A DNA stretch of 5,474 nt from a virus (lineage: Duplodnaviria; Heunggongvirae; Uroviricota; Caudoviricetes). How positions within the stretch are numbered: the stretch's first letter is position 1; each line of letters opens with the position of its first letter. The notes below the pieces were generated by a model. The model made no database searches. It saw nothing but the letters and a program-made list of their open reading frames with translations, and was not told where the DNA came from. The DNA is taken from IMG/VR virus record IMGVR_UViG_2684622670_000024, positions 1 to 5,474 of that record; one strand, given 5' to 3'. This document shows positions 1-4,422 of the stretch, one piece after another. The position numbers and the translations under genes were made by a program.

Positions 1-417
1 GATTCACATAACCCACTGATTTTTGTCAGTTAAAAACAAATTTACACGTAGCAATTTATCAAAAGTGATACACCGAATGATATACGGATCGATACACAGC
101 GCCACAATCTCAAAAAAGCACCAGCACAATTAGAAGGCCGCGAGTATACAACATCAGAAACAGGAGAGGGCAAAGCACGTAATAATTTTCGTTTTTCACA
201 AACGCAAAAATTTGGCGAGGCTGGCGGTCCCGGCAACATGAAGCTACATAGATTTTGATCCCCTGCATGGTGATGATGCCCATACAGGGCTATTTCATTT
301 CAACGGAACCAGTATGACGAACATGATCGCACCTTCTCCCGAAAACGGTGCGACCTCCATAGAGGAAATGCCTATTCAGATCCCCGGTGATTTTCACCAT
401 TCAGAATCTGGAGGGTG

Positions 418-433
418 AGTTTTCCAGTTTTCC
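418..433 (+). repeat. Tandem direct repeat AGTTTTCC x2, with related GTTTYC motifs at 582-589, 728-736 and 793-802
   Basis: AGTTTTCC at 418-425 and 426-433. GGTTTCCG (582-589), GGTTTCCCC (728-736) and GGTTTCTTCC (793-802) each lie beside an IHF-consensus site. Confidence 0.4.
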
Positions 434-453
434 CCAATGGGGGATTCTGGAAC

Positions 454-466
454 AATCAACGGGTTA
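454..466 (+). promoter_or_regulatory. IHF core-consensus match (AATCAACGGGTTA), site D
   Basis: Exact fit to WATCARNNNNTTR. The 13-mer is identical to site B except for the first base; it lacks the upstream CGAAAA tract. Confidence 0.4.
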
Positions 467-587
467 CGCCTTACCAGCAAAAAAGCACATCAACTGTAAC
501 GGAAATCGTTATGGCTGCTGGTGGGCCAAATCATCATTACGGTGATGCAGCTATGTAGACGTTCCGGTCTCCTCAAATCGAGGTTTC

Positions 588-606
588 CGAAAATATCAGT
601 GAGTTA
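588..606 (+). promoter_or_regulatory. IHF core-consensus match with upstream A-tract (CGAAAATATCAGTGAGTTA), site A
   Basis: TATCAGTGAGTTA fits WATCARNNNNTTR (R=G); preceded by the CGAAAA tract shared with sites B and C. Confidence 0.45.
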
Positions 607-628
607 GCGATTAAGCTGGCGAGTAATT

Positions 629-651
629 AAACTACGAAAATTTCGTAGTTT
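629..651. repeat. Perfect 23-bp palindrome AAACTACGAAA-A-TTTCGTAGTTT (11-1-11)
   Basis: Arms 629-639 and 641-651 are exact reverse complements. AT-rich; shares CGAAAAT with the IHF-site flank. Looks like a dimeric-protein operator rather than a terminator (no GC-rich stem or U-tract). Confidence 0.6.
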
Positions 652-653
652 GT

Positions 654-672
654 GACTATCTGAAAGATAGTC
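654..672. repeat. Perfect inverted repeat GACTATC-TGAAA-GATAGTC (7-5-7)
   Basis: Arms 654-660 and 666-672 are exact reverse complements; it lies 2 bp from the 23-bp palindrome. Confidence 0.55.
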
Positions 673-703
673 GGTTGATCCGGCCTCAGCCGTTGGCTGT
701 TCC

Positions 704-722
704 CGAAAATATCAACGGGTTA
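704..722 (+). promoter_or_regulatory. IHF core-consensus match with upstream A-tract (CGAAAATATCAACGGGTTA), site B
   Basis: TATCAACGGGTTA is an exact fit to WATCAANNNNTTR; the A-rich 5' flank resembles high-affinity IHF sites. Flanked by the inverted CCCG...CGGG. Confidence 0.5.
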
Positions 723-757
723 GGCTGGTTTCCCCGATGTTCGCCGCTGGCGAATTT

Positions 758-776
758 CGAAAATATCAACCAGTTA
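758..776 (+). promoter_or_regulatory. IHF core-consensus match with upstream A-tract (CGAAAATATCAACCAGTTA), site C
   Basis: TATCAACCAGTTA is an exact fit; it overlaps the 8-bp palindrome TTTCGAAA (755-762) and the stop codon of the 96-aa ORF. Confidence 0.5.
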
Positions 777-1064
777 CCGCCGTAACCGTTCCGGTTTCTT
801 CCAGTGGTAAGTATTTTTCGCGCTCTCCCTCCGTTGCTGAGAACGGCGACGACATGCCAGCAACTCGAGAACTCTGGTTCGTATGTTGCGCATATCCACG
901 CCGTTAAGCTCGATACCGTCACGGCGCATCACCTCAGCCACTACACGCGCGTAATTTTCGGCTATCACGCTGTCCGGCTGCGTGGCCTGTTCGTCATGCT
1001 GCTGGCTGATTCCGGTAACGCGGCGGATTATTTTTAGTAGTTCGGTTTCGCTCATTCTCGTCAT
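774..1064 (-). CDS. Hypothetical protein, translationally coupled to terL; function unknown
   Basis: 96 aa (MTRMSETELLKIIRRVTGISQQHDEQ...RRRSQQRRESAKNTYHWKKPERLRR). ATG at 1062-1064 overlaps the TerL stop (ATGA). Same strand as the operon, helical-looking body with a strongly basic C-terminal tail. I do not recognise a family. Its stop codon (774-776) coincides with the TTA of an IHF-consensus site. Confidence 0.5.
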   Translation of the reverse strand: MTRMSETELLKIIRRVTGISQQHDEQATQPDSVIAENYARVVAEVMRRDGIELNGVDMRNIRTRVLELLACRRRSQQRRESAKNTYHWKKPERLRR

Positions 1065-2722
1065 ACCCCATCAAACGCCGCAAGCCGCTCTTTGTGGCTG
1101 TCGCTTATATCAAATGCAAATTCCTCATGCTCTGCCTGGAATGTGCCAAACGCCATCAGCGCCGCAACGCTCGGATCTATCTTGTTGGATGATTTTTTCT
1201 TGTTCGGCTTGATATTGGCGTTCGCGTCACTCTGCATCACAACATTACTCATTGACCAGGCCAGCACCGGATCACCACGATGCACAATCACCTTCCGGTT
1301 AACAAAAACTTCGAACGATTTCGCCGCCGGACTGAAACGAAGGTATGTTTGCGGGAACGGCTCCACCTCAAATCCTGCGCCCTGTAGCTGCGTCCTCAGG
1401 TGCGTGGCGTTCCATGTATCGAAGCCCACCAGTCTGATATTGAAATTCTCTGCATCCGCCATGATGTCATCGCGGATACGGTCATAATCAATGCAGTCAC
1501 CCGGTGTTGTGCGTATCCAGCCCGCCTTTGCCCACTGGCGATAGATGGCGCGGTTTTTATTGGCGGGGTTCTGTAGCTGAAATTCCGGCAGATAGTGACG
1601 GGAAACCAGCATAATCTTTTTACCGACCGGAAAGGCATAGCACACGCTGGAAATATCGCTGGTTGATGATAAGTCCAGCCCCGCGTAGCACTCCTGCCCG
1701 TATAAATCCGCCTCCGCGAACGTTCCGGCGCACTCCGCCCATGCACCGTTACCCATCCACGGCGTAGCCCCCTGACACCAGATATTGAATCGCTTGGTGA
1801 GCATTTCCACCCACTGCGACGGAATACCCCGCGCTTTCTGGATGGTTGAGGCCAGTTTTTCACGATCGACGGAAACATCGATATTGGGATTCGCCTTTAT
1901 CCACATCGCCGGATCGTCAACCTCGCTTTCATCATCCAGCTCGTAAATAAGCACGAACATGGATTCGTTCACCTCTTCACCATCCAGTATCTGGCAGCAA
2001 TAGTCGTAGTGTTGTTTACAGGCTGAAACAACGTTGCTCCCCGATGTGGTGATGGCAAATAATAACCCCTCCGGACGCGCCCCCATTCCCAGTTCAAGCG
2101 CGGAATAAACCCCGTTGTCAGGGTGCAGGTGATATTCATCCACAATGGCGAGACTCGGGTTTGTCCCCTCAATGGTTGCCGCTTTTGCTGCCAGTGGCTT
2201 TAACAGGCTGTTGGTTTTCGGGTGTATCACCTTGTGCGCCTGAATATTTACCCGCTTTCGTAACGGTCGGGATAAAAGGCACATCTGACGCGCATCATCA
2301 AACACGATCCGCGCCTGATCACGACTCACGGCGGCGGTGTAAATATCCTGCTGCCCGTGTTCCATAACCAGAAACCAGTTAGCCAGGATAGCGGCGACCG
2401 TGGATTTGGCATTTTTTCGCGGTACTTCAATGAATGCGCTGGTGTATTTGCGCCGTCCGGTGGCCTTAACCTTAAAGCCCAGGATGCAGGCAAAGGCGAA
2501 CTGCTGCCACGGCTCCAGCTCAATGGGGCTACCGCGCATTGCGCCTTTTACGTGCGGACACACCCTGGAAAAGGCAATAAACCGCTCCACGACCTCCGGA
2601 TCGAACGTGTAAAGGGGGTTTTCAAGGTCAGAAAAATACCGTTTAACGGCCTGTTTCAGTCGTTTACAGGCCGTAATTTTGCCGTTTTTTACGCCTTCTG
2701 CGTACTCATGCCAGGCGGTCAA
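1061..2722 (-). CDS. terL: Terminase large subunit (ATPase + nuclease)
   Basis: 553 aa. Deviant Walker A (EVPRKNAKST), Walker B (LAIVDEYH, hydrophobic run + DE), and a C-terminal RNase-H-like nuclease region with acidic residues in GLDLSSTSD, VGFDTWNA and KIDPSVAALMA. The only in-frame start candidate after the upstream stop (TAA 2765-2767) is TTG at 2720-2722, preceded by a strong SD (GAGGAAGAGGA) and lying 17 nt inside the 3' end of terS. Stop TGA 1061-1063 overlaps the ATG of the next ORF. Confidence 0.9.
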   Translation of the reverse strand: MTAWHEYAEGVKNGKITACKRLKQAVKRYFSDLENPLYTFDPEVVERFIAFSRVCPHVKGAMRGSPIELEPWQQFAFACILGFKVKATGRRKYTSAFIEVPRKNAKSTVAAILANWFLVMEHGQQDIYTAAVSRDQARIVFDDARQMCLLSRPLRKRVNIQAHKVIHPKTNSLLKPLAAKAATIEGTNPSLAIVDEYHLHPDNGVYSALELGMGARPEGLLFAITTSGSNVVSACKQHYDYCCQILDGEEVNESMFVLIYELDDESEVDDPAMWIKANPNIDVSVDREKLASTIQKARGIPSQWVEMLTKRFNIWCQGATPWMGNGAWAECAGTFAEADLYGQECYAGLDLSSTSDISSVCYAFPVGKKIMLVSRHYLPEFQLQNPANKNRAIYRQWAKAGWIRTTPGDCIDYDRIRDDIMADAENFNIRLVGFDTWNATHLRTQLQGAGFEVEPFPQTYLRFSPAAKSFEVFVNRKVIVHRGDPVLAWSMSNVVMQSDANANIKPNKKKSSNKIDPSVAALMAFGTFQAEHEEFAFDISDSHKERLAAFDGV

Positions 2723-3062
2723 GCTCGTCCTCTTCCTCTGTTTCCGGTGGATTTCTGCGGCGGCTTACCGGGTCAAAACCCAGCAAAGAAGCCATTTTGA
2801 TCATTATTCTTTCTGCGTCAGCCTTTGCGCTCAGGGCGGGGTTTCTGCTCTCGCTGCCCTGACTGTTAACAATGCTGAACCCGCGCGTCGCAAGGTCTTC
2901 GACGGCTTTGCGGTATATAGAGTAGTTAACGCAATACAGTTCCAGATTGCTCCAGTCGGCGGGGGTAAGGTCTTCCCGCCCGGAAAGCTGGCGCGATTTT
3001 TCCTTCCACTGCCTGACCGCGATTTCATCCAGGTAAGCGGGGGCTTTTGGTGGTCTTGCCAT
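2706..3062 (-). CDS. terS: Terminase small subunit, P27-family-like (start placed at the internal ATG 3060-3062; the six-frame ORF extends to an ATG at 3201-3203)
   Basis: From the internal Met the product is 118 aa beginning MARPPKAPAYLDEIAVRQWKE..., which matches the M-x-(G)RPPK N-terminus and size typical of P27-family small terminases. The 47-aa upstream extension (MFSQSLVRPSEGVGEVFRTKPPLPDTDRLLKFLCTGIFLKIIGRKKN) is not protein-like to my eye, but the ATG at 3201-3203 has a better SD (GAGGT, 6-nt spacing) than the ATG at 3060-3062. Acidic C-terminal tail ...PETEEEDELDRLA. Stop TGA at 2706-2708. Confidence 0.7.
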   Translation of the reverse strand: MARPPKAPAYLDEIAVRQWKEKSRQLSGREDLTPADWSNLELYCVNYSIYRKAVEDLATRGFSIVNSQGSESRNPALSAKADAERIMIKMASLLGFDPVSRRRNPPETEEEDELDRLA

Positions 3063-3350
3063 GTTCTTTTTTCGCCCAATTATTTTCAAAAAAATTCCCG
3101 TGCACAAAAATTTGAGGAGGCGGTCGGTGTCCGGCAGGGGCGGTTTCGTCCTGAAAACCTCCCCCACCCCCTCTGACGGCCTCACCAGCGATTGCGAAAA
3201 CATTCCATGACCTCGCGGTCACGGTCGGTTAATCGCTTCGCTGTGGTGCGTTCTGTGCGCTCTGTCCTGTTGGCTTTGTGCCCTGTCTCCTGTGTCTTCC
3301 ATAAGTCACGCTGCCTTATCAGTCCACGTATCAGCCTGTTTTGCTCCTGT
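3063..3350 (-). promoter_or_regulatory. Structured HNH-terS intergenic region; candidate cos / terminase-recognition region
   Basis: About 288 bp non-coding if terS starts at 3062. Contains a CTGT-rich block (eight CTGT in 3241-3350; ACAG(G) on the coding strand), an imperfect dyad GACC-TCGC-GGTC (3209-3220) flanked by inverted AGCGATT (3187-3193) / AATCGCT (3231-3237), and a C5-A-C5 tract (3161-3171). In HK97-like phages cos lies between the HNH gene and terS. Confidence 0.4.
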
Positions 3351-3791
3351 TCAGTCATCATCGCCATACATCCAGTCGTTACGATGTGCCGCCCGTTCTT
3401 CCTGCTCGCGATACATGCCCGCCTTACGGTTCGCTTTCGTGGCTGGATCTTCCCGTGTCGTCTTACGGTTGTGGCACGTCTGGCACAATGCCTGGTGGTT
3501 CCACTCAGGCCAGAAGAGAACATCACCGCCGCCATTGATGGGAATGATGTGATCCACCACAAGAGCTGGCGTATAAATACCCTTAGCCAGACAACGCACG
3601 CATAACGGATTTTTTTTCAGGTACAGGGCGCGGTATTTGTCCCACAGTCGGGAATACCCACGTGCGCGGCGGTGTCCCCGTCTGGCATCCTCTGCACGCC
3701 ATGCAGCCCGCCTGTGCTCTTCACACTTGCCGGACTTCACGCGCTTATTACAGCCCGGCTCAGTGCATCGCCTTAATGGTTGCCATGGCAT
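3351..3791 (-). CDS. HNH endonuclease, terminase-associated type
   Basis: 146 aa; N-terminal Cys cluster (RCTEPGCNKRV...GKCEEH) and a classic HNH core (VVDHIIPINGGGD ... WNHQALCQTCHNRKT). It sits immediately upstream of the small terminase, the arrangement known for HNH proteins that assist cos-cleaving terminases in HK97-like phages. Possible SD GGGGGTG about 7 nt upstream of the ATG. Confidence 0.88.
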   Translation of the reverse strand: MPWQPLRRCTEPGCNKRVKSGKCEEHRRAAWRAEDARRGHRRARGYSRLWDKYRALYLKKNPLCVRCLAKGIYTPALVVDHIIPINGGGDVLFWPEWNHQALCQTCHNRKTTREDPATKANRKAGMYREQEERAAHRNDWMYGDDD

Positions 3792-4087
3792 CAGTACACC
3801 CCCACATCACGATAAACCGACCAGAGCGCGGAAATCGTCAGGGGAATTTCTTTTGTATCGGTATCGCCAAGCGTTGTCCGGTACTCGTACAGTTGCGAGA
3901 TATACATCAGGCAACCAATTTTTATTGCAGGGGTAAATTCCAGGCCGTCATCAAAACGCCTGCCAATATGCTTCTGGCATACCTCCAGCGCCGCGCTTAT
4001 GTATGCCTGAATCAGTGTGTCTTCTGTGTTACCATCTATGCGGCAGTGAAGTTTGGCCTCTTCCAGGGTTATTTTTTCTGCTGTCAT
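3791..4087 (-). CDS. Phage gp6-like head-tail connector protein
   Basis: 98 aa; N-terminal ...ITLEEAKLHCRIDGNTEDTLIQAYISAALEVCQKHIGR... fits the gp6-like connector pattern (L-E-x-A-K-x-H-x-R-I-D, then D/E-D-x-L-I-x-x-Y-I-x-A-A). ATG 4085-4087 overlaps the upstream stop; stop TGA 3791-3793 shares one base with the HNH ATG (3789-3791; TGATG junction on the coding strand). Confidence 0.78.
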   Translation of the reverse strand: MTAEKITLEEAKLHCRIDGNTEDTLIQAYISAALEVCQKHIGRRFDDGLEFTPAIKIGCLMYISQLYEYRTTLGDTDTKEIPLTISALWSVYRDVGVY

Positions 4088-4422
4088 TTTTCTGTACCCA
4101 CCTTTGCCAGAATTTCCAGCCGGGTTCTTTTCGCATCAGGTAAGGGGATCCCGATGATATTAAGCGTGCTCCCGGCAAAAGCGCCGGTAAGCACTTTCAG
4201 GCGACTGGCGGCGGATATGTCGCCACGATAGCGAACCCATACCCGAATCGTTGCAGGTGCGGTTTCTGCGCCTGCGGTCAGCAATTCCCGTCCGCTGATC
4301 CCCTTGACCTCTGCCCAGATGGTTTCCCCTTCCGTCCATATCTGCTGGATCGCACCTGACGGCAGGCGCTGTGTGGTAAATGTCATAATCGTCACCCGGT
4401 CCCGCATCTTTCCGGCTATCAT
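4084..4422 (-). CDS. Phage head-closure / head-tail adaptor protein (head-tail joining family)
   Basis: 112 aa; N-terminal MxxGKMRDRVTI... is the signature opening of head-tail joining/head-closure proteins as I recall them. ATG at 4420-4422 overlaps the portal stop (ATGA arrangement); its own stop TGA at 4084-4086 overlaps the next ATG (4085-4087). Confidence 0.75.
   Translation of the reverse strand: MIAGKMRDRVTIMTFTTQRLPSGAIQQIWTEGETIWAEVKGISGRELLTAGAETAPATIRVWVRYRGDISAASRLKVLTGAFAGSTLNIIGIPLPDAKRTRLEILAKVGTEK

Noticed and set aside
42-239. Minus-strand 65-aa ORF in the left flank
   Set aside because: Cys/Pro/Ser-rich, low-complexity translation in AT-rich DNA, with no convincing RBS; more likely non-coding.
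629-672. Twin palindromes as a rho-independent terminator for the packaging operon
   Set aside because: The stems are AT-rich and neither is followed by a U-tract on either strand; an operator or protein-binding role fits better.
686-1037. ORFs 686-922 (-) and 804-1037 (+) overlapping the 96-aa ORF and the repeat region
   Set aside because: Both compete with the translationally coupled 96-aa ORF. The 686-922 frame reads through the IHF-site repeats and is out of frame with the operon; the plus-strand ORF is antisense.
1092-1487. Plus-strand 131-aa ORF, and similarly 1396-1878 (-, other frame), 1969-2172, 2161-2367, 2326-2523, 2357-2800 and 2400-2612
   Set aside because: All lie within, and antisense or out-of-frame to, the TerL coding region, which has clear ATPase and nuclease motifs. 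Their translations are low-complexity and Arg/Ser/Cys-rich, typical of shadow ORFs.
3158-3174. C5-A-C5 tract (G5-T-G5 on the coding strand) as a G-quadruplex or i-motif
   Set aside because: Only two G/C runs are present; a canonical quadruplex needs four. It is kept only as a landmark within the cos-candidate region.
2679-3176. Plus-strand 165-aa ORF antisense to terS; also 2831-3079 (-) and 3025-3222 (-)
   Set aside because: Mirror or alternative-frame ORFs of the TerS gene; no start context and no family resemblance.
3192-3605. Plus-strand ORFs (137, 86 and 65 aa) antisense to the HNH gene, and the full 126-aa minus-strand ORF 3182-3562
   Set aside because: They overlap the HNH gene, whose motifs are unambiguous. 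Only the 3' portion of the 126-aa frame that lies in the intergenic gap was kept as a low-confidence finding.
3637-4231. Plus-strand 99-aa and 189-aa ORFs across the connector and adaptor genes; minus-strand 89-aa ORF 4160-4429
   Set aside because: Antisense or out-of-frame to the coupled connector and adaptor genes; no supporting signals.
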